Shown here: positions 8,932 to 18,633 of the stretch, piece by piece | Layout of the letters: every line of letters begins with the position of its first letter | How positions within the stretch are numbered: position 1 is the first letter of the stretch | NCBI GenBank assembly: GCA_963764165.1 | Contig: CAVXRD010000003.1 | Location: forward strand, 224,001-288,000 | Direction: 5' to 3' | DNA length: 64,000 nucleotides | Origin: an uncultured Verrucomicrobiae bacterium | GTDB lineage: Bacteria > Verrucomicrobiota > Verrucomicrobiia > Limisphaerales > Palsa-1400 | The notes under the pieces: model-generated | The model's input: only the letters and a program-made list of their open reading frames with translations | What the model was told of the DNA's origin: nothing | The model's database searches: none | Program-made: the position numbers and the translations under genes

Positions 8932-10497
8932 ATGAGCACACAATCCTTGAGCAACACAGCCGACGCGTTGCCGTCTGGCAACGGACATCGCGCCTCCGCT
9001 TTCGCGCGGCTGGCCATTCCCGCTGAAACCGTCGCCGCTCTTCCAACTGAATTTATAAAGCGCCACCGTGTCCTGCCGATCAAACTCGACGGAGGATGCA
9101 TCGTCATCGCCACTGCCGAGCCGGGGAATCAGCGCATCGTGGAGGACATTCGATTGCTGACGGGGTTGGAGGTCGAGGAACAGGCGGCGGACAAGGAGGA
9201 GCTTCTCCAAAAAATTGCCGAGGCCTGCCAGGTAACTGTCGAGCAGGTCATCGAAAATCTGGATCCGCAAAAGACCACCGCGGCCAACGGAGAGAAAAGC
9301 GCGCATGACATTGAAGTCATGGCCAACGAGCCCACGGTGGTCAACTTGGTCAACGTGATTATCTCCACCGCGTTGCGGGACCGGGCGAGTGACATTCATC
9401 TTGTCCCGTTCGAGAATACTCTTCAACTGCGGTATCGCATTGACGGCATGCTGCAAGAACAGCCTCCGCCACCCAAGCAGCTCCACGCCGCGCTGGTGTC
9501 GCGCATTAAAATCATGGCGGACATGAACATCGCCGAGCGGTTTATGCCGCAGGATGGCCATATTCAAATCAACCATCGCGGAACGCGCGTCGATATTCGG
9601 GTGGGAACGATGCCGACGATTTATGGTGAGAGCCTGGTGCTGCGCTTGCTTGAGAAAAACTCGCGCCCGCTGGGCTTGGAGGAGCTTGGCCTGGATTCTG
9701 AGCGCGCCCGCCTGCTGAAACGGCTGGTCGAAAAACCGCACGGGCTCTTTCTCACGACCGGCCCCACCGGCAGCGGAAAAACAACGACGCTATATACCAT
9801 ATTGCAGGGCGTTTACTCGCCGGAGAAAAAAATCCTCACCATTGAGGACCCGGTCGAGTACGAGTTGGCGGGCGTCGCCCAAATTCCTGTCCGTCCGACC
9901 AGAAATTTTACTTTCGCCACCGGATTGCGGGCCATTTTGCGACAGGATCCCAACGTCATCATGGTGGGTGAAATTCGTGACGCAGAGACGGCGGAAATTG
10001 CCATCCGCGCGGCGCTTACCGGCCACCAGGTTTTCAGCACCTTGCACACCAACGACGCCACCGGCGCGGTCACGCGGTTGATCGATATGGGAATTGAGGC
10101 GTTTCTCGTTTCGTCATCGCTCGAAGGAGTTTTGGCGCAACGGCTGGTACGGCGGATTTGCCCGCAGTGCCGGATTCAGGTGGATGTCGAGCCGGCGATG
10201 CTTGAGAAATTGGAATCGATGAGCGGACAGAAGTTAACCGGCCCCTTTTACACCGGACGCGGCTGCGACGAATGCCACGGCGCGGGATTTCGCGGACGCG
10301 TCGGCATTTTTGAGCTGCTTGCCGTTACCCCGGAATTGCAGGAATTGATTTTGCACAAGAGTTTGAACGCCGCCCTGAAATCGACCGCGCGCAAGACCAT
10401 GATCACGATGCACGAGGATGCGTTGCGAAAGGCCGCCGAGGGCCGCACTTCTCTGGAGGAAATTATCCGCGTCTCGTCGGGCGACAACCTTGAATGA
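8932..10497 (+). CDS. gspE: Type II secretion / T4P assembly ATPase GspE
   Basis: ASDIH, TGPTGSGKTTT, TIEDPVEY, LRQDPNVIMVGEIRD, LTGHQVFSTLHTND, CxxC...CxxC zinc motif. Confidence 0.95.
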   Translation: MSTQSLSNTADALPSGNGHRASAFARLAIPAETVAALPTEFIKRHRVLPIKLDGGCIVIATAEPGNQRIVEDIRLLTGLEVEEQAADKEELLQKIAEACQVTVEQVIENLDPQKTTAANGEKSAHDIEVMANEPTVVNLVNVIISTALRDRASDIHLVPFENTLQLRYRIDGMLQEQPPPPKQLHAALVSRIKIMADMNIAERFMPQDGHIQINHRGTRVDIRVGTMPTIYGESLVLRLLEKNSRPLGLEELGLDSERARLLKRLVEKPHGLFLTTGPTGSGKTTTLYTILQGVYSPEKKILTIEDPVEYELAGVAQIPVRPTRNFTFATGLRAILRQDPNVIMVGEIRDAETAEIAIRAALTGHQVFSTLHTNDATGAVTRLIDMGIEAFLVSSSLEGVLAQRLVRRICPQCRIQVDVEPAMLEKLESMSGQKLTGPFYTGRGCDECHGAGFRGRVGIFELLAVTPELQELILHKSLNAALKSTARKTMITMHEDALRKAAEGRTSLEEIIRVSSGDNLE

Positions 10498-11744
10498 CAA
10501 CCTTCCGCTACCAAGCTGTTGCGCCGGGCGGAAACTCGGTGCAGGGAACGGTCGAAGCGCCCGACCGCCGCGCCGCATTGCAAATGCTTGGCAGCCAGGG
10601 GCTGTTCCCGTCCAATCTCGAAATATCCGGCAGTGCGGTCCTATCCGCCGCGAAAACGGACAAATCGACGCCCGCGCCCGCAAAGATGGAATTTCGGTTC
10701 GGCGGCGGCGTTTCGCGCAAGCAAATCACCGCGTGGACAAGCGAAATGGGCGCCCTGCTCAACGCAGGCATACCGATTCCGCAAGCTCTGGAAGGGCTGG
10801 GCGAAGAGGAAGAACATCCCGGAATGCGCCGCTGCATCTCCGAAATTTCCGAGGCTGTCCGAAAAGGAACCGCATTTTCGGGCGCGCTGGCGGAGCACCC
10901 GGCTCTTTTCAGCCAGTTGTATATAAGCATGGTGCGCGTCGGCGAGGAAGCGGGCGCGCTCCCCAAAGTCATGGCCGATCTATCCGCCCTGCTCGAGCAC
11001 GAGGACGAAATACGAAGCGAAGTGGTCTCGGCGGTGGCGTATCCGATGTTCGTGATGTGCTTTGGCCTTGTCACGGTGACGGTGTTATTGACAGTGGTGA
11101 TGCCGAAGCTCTTCAGCATGCTGACTGAAATGTCCTCCACCCTCCCCTTGCCCACCGTCATTTTGCTGCAAATCAGCTCGTTTGTTCATGCGTATTGGTA
11201 TGTGGTTTTGGCTGTCGTTATCGGCGTTTCGGCGGGCTTGCGCTGGTATGTGCGGACGCCGGACGGCCACGAAAATTGGGATGGGTTCAAATTGAAACTG
11301 CCCGTGCTGGGACAGGTTTACCGCGCCGCCGCGCTGAGCCGCTTTGCCAGAACTCTCGGCACCCTGGCGCATAGCGGCGTTTCGCTTTTGCCATCGCTGA
11401 AAATAGTTGAGGCGACGATTGGCAACGTCGTCCTCGGGAAGATGATTGCGCAAGTGGCGGAGGAGACGCGCGGAGGCGATTCGCTGGCCGCCCCCTTGCG
11501 CAAGCTGGGCGTGTTTCCAAAATCCGTCGTGCAGATGATCAGCGTCGGGGAAGAATCCGGCACCTTGCCCGACATGCTTTTGAAGGTCGCCGACATCGAG
11601 GAACGAACGATGCGCGCCCGCACCAAGACGATGATTTCCCTGCTGGCGCCCGCGTTGATTTTGATAGTGGGCGCGGTCGTCGGCTTCATGGTCATCGCGA
11701 TACTGCTCCCCATCTTCAGCATGAGCCAGGCTCTGCAGAAATAA
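10494..11744 (+). CDS. gspF: Type II secretion inner-membrane platform protein GspF
   Basis: MVRVGEEAGAL, AVAYP, MISVGEESGTL, three TMs. Confidence 0.95.
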   Translation: MTTFRYQAVAPGGNSVQGTVEAPDRRAALQMLGSQGLFPSNLEISGSAVLSAAKTDKSTPAPAKMEFRFGGGVSRKQITAWTSEMGALLNAGIPIPQALEGLGEEEEHPGMRRCISEISEAVRKGTAFSGALAEHPALFSQLYISMVRVGEEAGALPKVMADLSALLEHEDEIRSEVVSAVAYPMFVMCFGLVTVTVLLTVVMPKLFSMLTEMSSTLPLPTVILLQISSFVHAYWYVVLAVVIGVSAGLRWYVRTPDGHENWDGFKLKLPVLGQVYRAAALSRFARTLGTLAHSGVSLLPSLKIVEATIGNVVLGKMIAQVAEETRGGDSLAAPLRKLGVFPKSVVQMISVGEESGTLPDMLLKVADIEERTMRARTKTMISLLAPALILIVGAVVGFMVIAILLPIFSMSQALQK

Positions 11745-11747
11745 TTT

Positions 11748-12182
11748 ATGAACATTCACATTCGCAAAAATGGAAAAGCTGCATTCACCCTCGTTGAAAT
11801 CATGGTGGTGGTGATCGTCATCGGCATTCTTGCCGCGACGATCATTCCCAAATTCATGGGAACAACTCATGACGCCAAAGTGGCAACGGCCAAATCGAAC
11901 ATCGCCGAAATCGAATCCGCTCTCGAACGCTACAACGTCCAGATGGACACCTATCCTTCGACCGAGGAAGGGCTGAAAGCGCTGGTGGAAAAACCCGCCA
12001 ACGACGGGGGCAAATGGCGCGGCCCTTATGTGACATTGCTGCGCCCCGATCCGTGGGGCCACCCTTATCTGTATAAATATCCCGGCACGCACCGAACGAG
12101 CGGGCCGGATGTCTGGGCCAAGGATCCCGACGCAAAGGAAGGCGAAGCCTCGGAGATCGGCAATTGGGTAGACGCAAAATGA
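11748..12182 (+). CDS. gspG: Major pseudopilin GspG
   Basis: AFTLVEIMVV N-methylation motif, YPSTEEGLKALV, WRGPY, DPWGHPY. Confidence 0.93.
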   Translation: MNIHIRKNGKAAFTLVEIMVVVIVIGILAATIIPKFMGTTHDAKVATAKSNIAEIESALERYNVQMDTYPSTEEGLKALVEKPANDGGKWRGPYVTLLRPDPWGHPYLYKYPGTHRTSGPDVWAKDPDAKEGEASEIGNWVDAK

Positions 12183-12757
12183 CGCATTCCCCCAACAACC
12201 ACGCCCGGCGCTCCGCCTTCACCTTGGTGGAGATGCTGATCGTTGTCGTCATTGTCGGTGTCATGAGCCTGGCGATCACGGCGCAAATGCATGGGACGTT
12301 CCAGGACGAATTGCTGCGCGCCACCAGCCGCGATCTTGCATCGGCTTTCAACCTCGCCAGCAGCCGGGCTATTTCGGTAAATCGCCCATATCGAATTCGC
12401 ATTGACACTTTCAAGCACCGTTATTTCCTCGAACGGAGCCGGCGCGGAGGGAAGGAATTCTTCCCCGCGAGAGATACCGCCAGCGGAACCGGAAAACTCG
12501 ATTCGCGCATCGCCATCCAAGTGATGGAGCCGGGCATCAACGCTCCGGACGATGCCGGCCGGCCAGCAGCCGACTCGGCGCCAGAGCAGCCAAGCGCCTC
12601 CGCTGGATTTCCCCAGGACGTGGTGACGTTTTACCCGGATGGCACGGCGGATCGCTGTGAATTGGAGTTGACGGATAAGGATGGATATCGCCTGGCAATG
12701 CGGGTGAATCCTGTGACTTCGCGCATACAGGTGAAAGCTTTGGGGCATCAGCCATGA
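12179..12757 (+). CDS. gspH: Minor pseudopilin GspH/FimT-like
   Basis: AFTLVEMLIV, ASSRAI, VTFYPDG; ATGA overlap with gspG. Confidence 0.8.
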   Translation: MTHSPNNHARRSAFTLVEMLIVVVIVGVMSLAITAQMHGTFQDELLRATSRDLASAFNLASSRAISVNRPYRIRIDTFKHRYFLERSRRGGKEFFPARDTASGTGKLDSRIAIQVMEPGINAPDDAGRPAADSAPEQPSASAGFPQDVVTFYPDGTADRCELELTDKDGYRLAMRVNPVTSRIQVKALGHQP

Positions 12758-13362
12758 GGCGAAACACCCACAGCCTGAGCAAAACGAACCCCAAGGCGGG
12801 GACGCCTTTGGGAAGCCGAACTTCGGCCCGAGGCGTCCGGGGTGAGGCATCATTCACGCGCCAACCCGGACGCCTCGGCGAGGCGTTCCTCCCTACGCTT
12901 GGCAGAAGTGTGCGCGTTGGAAGAAGCATCGCGGCCTTCTCGCTGATTGAAGTCATGTGCGCGATTCTCATCATGGGCATCGCGCTGGTGGCTCTGACTC
13001 GCGGGATCACGACCGCGCTCGCCTCCACCAAGGACGCCGAGGTGGCAACAGTCGTCCCCGATTTGGCCGCGGGGCAATTGGAAACGGTGCGGGCCGAAGG
13101 AGTATTGACCGACCAAACGACAGAGGGCGATTTTGGTGAAACCTTCCACAAGTTCAAATATGAGCAGACCATTTCCCCCACCGAATTGGACGGCTTGCAT
13201 CAAGTCGAAGTGACCATTGAAGACGCGCACACCGGAGCGCCGCTCTACAAACTCACAACGTATCTTTTTGACAATGATTACCCCGGCTCCACCTCCGAGG
13301 ACGAAAAACAGAAGAAGCGCGATCTCGACAAAGCGAAAAAAAGAAATCGGAGGGGCCAATAA
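12754..13362 (+). CDS. gspI: Minor pseudopilin GspI-like with repeat-expanded leader
   Basis: AFSLIEVMCA motif at about residue 61; operon position; leader contains a palindromic repeat. Confidence 0.75.
   Translation: MRRNTHSLSKTNPKAGTPLGSRTSARGVRGEASFTRQPGRLGEAFLPTLGRSVRVGRSIAAFSLIEVMCAILIMGIALVALTRGITTALASTKDAEVATVVPDLAAGQLETVRAEGVLTDQTTEGDFGETFHKFKYEQTISPTELDGLHQVEVTIEDAHTGAPLYKLTTYLFDNDYPGSTSEDEKQKKRDLDKAKKRNRRGQ
12797..12893 (+). repeat. REPIN-like repeat derivative in frame within the gspI leader
   Basis: GGGACGCCT...CCGAGGCGTCCGGGGTGAGGCATC...TTCACGCGCCAACCCGGACGCCTCGGCGAGGCGTTCCT aligns with 8699-8796. Confidence 0.85.
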
Positions 13363-14129
13363 ACACGCACGCGCCGCGCACCCGGGGCTTTACGCTGATC
13401 GAGTTGATGATCAGCGCGGCCATCGCATCCATCATATTAATCGCATCCTATTCGTGCCTCAGCGCCGGAGTCGCCAGCCAGCGCATGATCGAGCCGCGCA
13501 CGGAGGCGATGCAAAGCGCGCGGGTGGCGATGGCGATGCTGACGGCGGATTTGCGCTCGGCGTGCTCGCTTTCGACGGATTTCGATTTCGTCGGCGAAGA
13601 GCGCACCATTGGCGAAATGGAGGCGGACAATCTTGATTTCGCCACCCGCCATTACATGCCGCAGCGCCCGACTGAAGGCGATTACTGCCAGGTCAGCTAT
13701 TATATCGAGAAGTCGCGGGATGGAAAAGGATACAGCCTCTGGCGCAGGCGCAATCCGCACATCGCGCCGGATCCGCTGGAAGGCGGCATCGAAGACGAAA
13801 TTGTCCCCGAAGTGAAAGGGTTCACGCTGGAGTATTACGATGGCCTCGACTGGTATGACACTTGGGGCGATGCCAACGTAAAGAAGAAAACCAAATACAC
13901 TGCCGTCCAGGAGCCCAATATGAGCGGCTTCCCGCAGGCCGTTCGCATTACTCTGTTGCTCGCGAACGATTCGGGCAAATCAGCCTCGAAGTCAAAAGAC
14001 AAGGAGCCGCCGGCTCCCCCGTTTGCTTTCCAAACCGTGGTGCGGCTTGAATTGGCGGGCGGGCAGGATTCATCCAGCGGCTCGTCGCCGTCCGGCGATT
14101 CCAGCCAGAATCCCGGAGGGCAGAACTAG
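13359..14129 (+). CDS. gspJ: Minor pseudopilin GspJ-like (apparent ATA start)
   Basis: In-frame GFTLIELMIS upstream of the ORF-track start; DLRSA; EYYDGLDWYDTW; PQAVRITL. Confidence 0.8.
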   Translation: MNTHAPRTRGFTLIELMISAAIASIILIASYSCLSAGVASQRMIEPRTEAMQSARVAMAMLTADLRSACSLSTDFDFVGEERTIGEMEADNLDFATRHYMPQRPTEGDYCQVSYYIEKSRDGKGYSLWRRRNPHIAPDPLEGGIEDEIVPEVKGFTLEYYDGLDWYDTWGDANVKKKTKYTAVQEPNMSGFPQAVRITLLLANDSGKSASKSKDKEPPAPPFAFQTVVRLELAGGQDSSSGSSPSGDSSQNPGGQN

Positions 14130-15484
14130 TGCGCCAGCGCGGCTCCATTTTGATCGGCGTTCTCTGGTGCATGGTGCTGCTTTCCGTGCTGGTCATCGGC
14201 GTGCTGCACACGGCGCGCATGGATTTAATCGTCGTCAAGAATTACGGCGACCGCGTGCAGGCGCATTACCTCGCGCTGGCAGGAGTCGAGCGGGCAAAGG
14301 CTGTTCTTTACCGGGATCTTGTCAGCCGCCAGGGGGCTGGCAAGAACCACGATGGGAAAGTTTACAATGACGAGAAGGATTTCAAAAATGTCAGGCTTGG
14401 CCGCGGGGAATTCCGCGTGTTCCACCGCGCGCCGCAGGATGAAGGCGGCCAAATCATTTACGGCGTCAGCGACGAGGAAAGCCGCCTTAATATCAACATC
14501 GCCACCGCCAACCAGCTCACGAATCTCACCGGAATGAACCAGGAAATTTTGGGCGCGATCATGACGTGGCGGAGCCCCGCCACGTCGAATAGCGTGTCGA
14601 GCGATTCGCCCGGCGGGGCGAATTCCGAATTTTATATGTCGCAACGTCCGCCTTACATGGCGCGCAATGGACCGTTCCAGACCGTTCGGGAATTGTTGAT
14701 GGTGCGCGGCATCACGCGCCAGCAACTGCTCGGCAATGACGATAATCAAAACGAGTTTCTCGATGACGATGATGATCCGTCTGATCAAGGCGCGATGCCC
14801 CCTCCCAGCCCCATCCCGGGCTGGGAAATATTGCTGACAGTCGCGGGAACGGAGAAGGATGTTGACGCCTCCGGCAAAGATCGCGTGAACGCGCAAAATG
14901 CCGATGCCGCGACTTTATCAACGGTGGCAGGCATCACGCCGCAAATTGCCAGCGCCATTATTTCGTATCGCGGACGAAACCAGTTCAAAACACTGGACGA
15001 TCTGCTGGCCGTCACGCCGCCTTCGCAGAACCAGGCAAATCAGAATCAGGCTAACCCCATGGGCCAGAACAATTCCGCTTCCGGCAACAACGGCCCCACC
15101 GTCATCAGCCAGGATCTATTCGAGCGCGTCGCCGACAACTTCACCCTGGCGGGCGGCGATTTGAAGGGAATGATCAATGTCAACACGGCTCCGCTCGCCG
15201 TTCTCATTTGCCTTCCCGGAATTGACCAGCGGCTCGCGCAGTCGATCATCAATTATCGCAAATCGTCGGGCTACTTTGACAGCGTGGCGGGGTTATTGAA
15301 GGTCAGCGGCATGACGCGCGACATCTTCAAACAAATTGTGCCGATGATCACCGTCCGCTCGGAAACCTATCGCATCACCGCCGAAGGGAAAATCAATTCC
15401 TCGGGTGTCCGCCAGCGCGTGCAGGAAATTGTGCATATCGGCCGCAAGGATATCGAAACTCTCGCTTATCGGGAGGACTTATGA
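14129..15484 (+). CDS. gspK: Minor pseudopilin GspK-like with helix-hairpin-helix motifs
   Basis: RGSILIGVLW, QAHYLALAG, DEESRLNIN, NGPFQTVRELLMVRG, INVNTA...LPGI. Confidence 0.88.
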   Translation: MRQRGSILIGVLWCMVLLSVLVIGVLHTARMDLIVVKNYGDRVQAHYLALAGVERAKAVLYRDLVSRQGAGKNHDGKVYNDEKDFKNVRLGRGEFRVFHRAPQDEGGQIIYGVSDEESRLNINIATANQLTNLTGMNQEILGAIMTWRSPATSNSVSSDSPGGANSEFYMSQRPPYMARNGPFQTVRELLMVRGITRQQLLGNDDNQNEFLDDDDDPSDQGAMPPPSPIPGWEILLTVAGTEKDVDASGKDRVNAQNADAATLSTVAGITPQIASAIISYRGRNQFKTLDDLLAVTPPSQNQANQNQANPMGQNNSASGNNGPTVISQDLFERVADNFTLAGGDLKGMINVNTAPLAVLICLPGIDQRLAQSIINYRKSSGYFDSVAGLLKVSGMTRDIFKQIVPMITVRSETYRITAEGKINSSGVRQRVQEIVHIGRKDIETLAYREDL

Positions 15485-17166
15485 GCAAACCGGAATCCAA
15501 CCTACTCCTCGAAATCGGCCACACCACGTTTCATGCGGCCTGCGGCGCGGATTCGTTCGCTCTTCCCCTTGAGCGCAACGCAAACGGCCGCCTCACAGAA
15601 GCCTGCCGGGAACGGCTGTCGAGCGGCCTCAAGGCATTTGTCGCACAAAAAGCCCGTGGCGCTAAAAATGCCTGGTGCGCCGTCAATGCGCGCGGCGTGT
15701 CCATGCGGCGCCTGAGCCTTCCAGCGTCCTCGCCTGATGAGCTTCAGCGCGTGCTGCAATTGCAGATCGAGAGCGAATTTCCAATCTCCCCCGAGGAATT
15801 GGCTTGGGGCACGCAGCCGCTGGGCAGCAATGCCGGACGGCAGGATGTGCTGGTGGTGGCTGTCAAGAAGGATGCCCTGGAAGAATGCAGTGCCATTTTC
15901 GGTGACTGCGGCCTGGTCGCCCGTTTCACCCTCGCCGCTCTCGCCCGCGCGGAGATTCAGAAGCCGCCGGGCGGCCTGGGGAGCGCCGCCATTCTGGACA
16001 TCGGGCGCGACTTTTCCGAGCTGCTGATATTTGACAACGGCGCGCCTGCGTCGGTGCGCGTCATACCGTGGGGCGGCGGCCACGTCACCCGCGCCATCCA
16101 GGAGAGGCTTTCCATCAGCCACGACGAAGCCGAGAAATTAAAGTTGACGCTTCAGCAGCCCGGGAGCGGGGCTGGCGGCCAGTCTCCCGTCATCCAAGGC
16201 GCGATTGAAGAGGCGGAAGCGGCCCTGGCGCGGAGCCTCAAGTTTCTTCCGGCCGGGACGCGACTTTATTTGACAGGCAAAAGCGCGCGGCAGGCCCAAA
16301 TGGCGCCAACGCTGGGCGCTGCGCTCGGCGGAATCCGGTGCGAGAGTCTCGAAAGCGCTCAATCCCCTTCCCCAACCGCCGCCATTGCGGGGCTTGCAAA
16401 AATGATTGCCCGGCCAGACACATCGCCGGTTCTGGTCTTGCAGGCGGGCGGCGGCCAGCTTGCGGCTGCCGCGCCCCGCTCCGCCGTTTGGAAATGGGCG
16501 GCAGCCGCTGTTTTTCTTGCCCTCGCCACCCTGCTTTTTCCTTACGCGGAAGCCATCGCCCTCAAACCCTTCCTCGAAAAAAAGCTGGCGAAGCTGGAAG
16601 CAGATCGCGGGCGCCTCGCTGTCATCGATCAGGAGTTGGATTTTCTGAAATTTGTCAAACAGAACCAGCCGCCCTATTTTGACGCCATTTATCTGCTGGT
16701 CCGTTCGGCTCCCCAGGGAGCCCGCCTGAACAGCCTGGCCATGGGACGGCACCAGGATCTTTCCATGAGCTTTCGTTTCGGAAACTCCGCGCAAGTCAGC
16801 GATTTTCGAACGAAGCTCATCGAGTCTGGCTGGTTTGCCAATGTCATGGTTGAGGAGCAGAGCCAGCCGCAGCAGGATCGCTCTGTAAACGTACGCATGA
16901 CGGCGGCATTAAAACCCGCCGAGGAGCGCAGGCCAATCCCGACCAATGCCGTTGACAAAGCCGCGGGCAGCGGCAGCGGATGGGGGGGGCCGCAATATTC
17001 AGATTCGCAGCCGCCGCCGATGATGATGCCCCCTCCGTCTGCGGCGCCCATGCCGGCCCCGGCACCGTCCGCAGGGCCCGCTCCAATGACACCGCCCGGC
17101 CCGCTGCCGGGCAACGGGGCCGCCGCCCGCAGACGCGCTCGCCCCCCCATTCCACCAAACCCATGA
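15481..17166 (+). CDS. gspL: GspL/PilM-like actin-fold assembly protein
   Basis: ILDIG, IPWGGGHVTRAI...EAEKLK, YLTG; TM then periplasmic part; Pro-rich tail. Confidence 0.75.
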   Translation: MSKPESNLLLEIGHTTFHAACGADSFALPLERNANGRLTEACRERLSSGLKAFVAQKARGAKNAWCAVNARGVSMRRLSLPASSPDELQRVLQLQIESEFPISPEELAWGTQPLGSNAGRQDVLVVAVKKDALEECSAIFGDCGLVARFTLAALARAEIQKPPGGLGSAAILDIGRDFSELLIFDNGAPASVRVIPWGGGHVTRAIQERLSISHDEAEKLKLTLQQPGSGAGGQSPVIQGAIEEAEAALARSLKFLPAGTRLYLTGKSARQAQMAPTLGAALGGIRCESLESAQSPSPTAAIAGLAKMIARPDTSPVLVLQAGGGQLAAAAPRSAVWKWAAAAVFLALATLLFPYAEAIALKPFLEKKLAKLEADRGRLAVIDQELDFLKFVKQNQPPYFDAIYLLVRSAPQGARLNSLAMGRHQDLSMSFRFGNSAQVSDFRTKLIESGWFANVMVEEQSQPQQDRSVNVRMTAALKPAEERRPIPTNAVDKAAGSGSGWGGPQYSDSQPPPMMMPPPSAAPMPAPAPSAGPAPMTPPGPLPGNGAAARRRARPPIPPNP

Positions 17167-17729
17167 GCCGCCCCATCACAGAAAAAGACAAACGGACGAT
17201 TCGCCTTGCGGCAATCGGTGTGTGCATTTACCTGGCGCTTTTTTACGGGCCAGCCGCGCGAAATTACCTGGTCGGCAAACGCGAGGCTTACGATGCGCTT
17301 CTTCAACAGGAGCGCGAGCTTCGTGATCTTATCAAGCCCTATGAATCGCGGCGCGAGACGGCGGAGACTCTCATGGAGCATTTCCAAATGGACCCCGCCA
17401 AGCTCAAGCACAATTCCGTCCTGGCCGAGGCCAATGCGGCCATTCAAATGGCGGCGGCCTCCGAAGGCGTCGGCGTCGGGCCCGTGCGCGAGTCGGTCGG
17501 GCGGCCGTCTGCCAAAGAAGCGGGAACCATTCAATTCGAGGGCGGCGGATCCATCACCTCGGTGCTCTCGCTCCTGCATCATCTCGAGCGCGTGGGTTAT
17601 CCCGTTGTTATTGACACCATCCAATTCGCCCCTTCCGGCGGCATGCCCAGCGGCCTCAAGGTCACGGTGACGCTGATTGTGTTCGACTTCGACGAATGGA
17701 AGCCGAAGGAGGAAAAATCGCATGCTTAA
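17163..17729 (+). CDS. GspM/PilO-like protein
   Basis: N-terminal TM, coiled coil, ferredoxin-like pattern; operon position; ATGA overlap at 17163. Confidence 0.6.
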   Translation: MSRPITEKDKRTIRLAAIGVCIYLALFYGPAARNYLVGKREAYDALLQQERELRDLIKPYESRRETAETLMEHFQMDPAKLKHNSVLAEANAAIQMAAASEGVGVGPVRESVGRPSAKEAGTIQFEGGGSITSVLSLLHHLERVGYPVVIDTIQFAPSGGMPSGLKVTVTLIVFDFDEWKPKEEKSHA

Positions 17730-18633
17730 GCGCTACGAGCGGCCGTTGAAAATTGTCTGCCTTGGCCTGGCCGCGCTTCTGGTCTGGCAGATGGCAAACG
17801 CGGTGTTTACAGCCGACCCGCTGAAGAATTTGAAGGTCCCTGAGTTGCCGACGCTCAGTTCCGCCACCAACTCCGCAGACAAGAATGGGAGCAAGGGGGC
17901 GAATGGGACTAATGTGATGGTTGCTTCGAAGGACTCGACCAATAAGACGGCCACGAATATCGCAAAGGCCACCGGAGTGACCGCTGGCACGAATACGACG
18001 AACGCTCTCGCCGTTTCTACAACGAACCTTGCTGCAACGAACCTTGCTGCAACGAACCTTGCTGCAACGAACCTTGCTTCAACGAAAGCGGCGCGAAAAT
18101 TGCCGTCCGGCATGACGCCCGAAATGCTGGCTGGCATGCCTCCAGAAGCCATGGCGCAAATGATGGGCGGCGGTGGCAACCCCATGAACGGCTCCGGCGG
18201 CGCCGGACGGCCAGGCCGGCCTAAAAAAATGGAATTGCCCAAGGAGATGAAGGCGCGGCTTAGCGCTATTATTGACAGCGAAGTTCTCGGCCAGGTGATG
18301 CACCCGATGCCAATGATGCTGCAGGGCATAGTGGAGGATGAGGCCTTCATTCAGGCGACCAATGGGCAGTCTGGGCCGGTTAAGATCGGCGCGGAGATGG
18401 CTGGCGTAAAACTGCTCCGCATCGGAGTGAACCGAGTTTTGGTGGATGACCATGGCGAGAAAAAGGAACTCATGATTTTTGGCGGCGCCGGAGGGGAGAG
18501 CCTCATGCCTATTGAGCCGCCTGCCGCCGCGCCCTCAACTAACTCCACCGCGACTAATTCCATTTCCACCGCCAAAACCAAATCCCGCGCCACCAACGAC
18601 ACCCTTTCGATCAAAAACAAGGAGACCCCATAA
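17722..18633 (+). CDS. GspC-like bitopic protein with low-complexity linker
   Basis: TM, Thr/Asn/Ala-rich linker, HR-like segment (LQGI...AFI...VKIG...LLRIGVNRVLV); precedes the secretin. Confidence 0.55.
   Translation: MLKRYERPLKIVCLGLAALLVWQMANAVFTADPLKNLKVPELPTLSSATNSADKNGSKGANGTNVMVASKDSTNKTATNIAKATGVTAGTNTTNALAVSTTNLAATNLAATNLAATNLASTKAARKLPSGMTPEMLAGMPPEAMAQMMGGGGNPMNGSGGAGRPGRPKKMELPKEMKARLSAIIDSEVLGQVMHPMPMMLQGIVEDEAFIQATNGQSGPVKIGAEMAGVKLLRIGVNRVLVDDHGEKKELMIFGGAGGESLMPIEPPAAAPSTNSTATNSISTAKTKSRATNDTLSIKNKETP
18020..18086 (+). repeat. 15-bp coding tandem repeat (CAACGAACCTTGCTG x about 4.5; TNLAA)
   Basis: Units start at 18020, 18035, 18050, 18065, partial at 18080. Confidence 0.95.
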
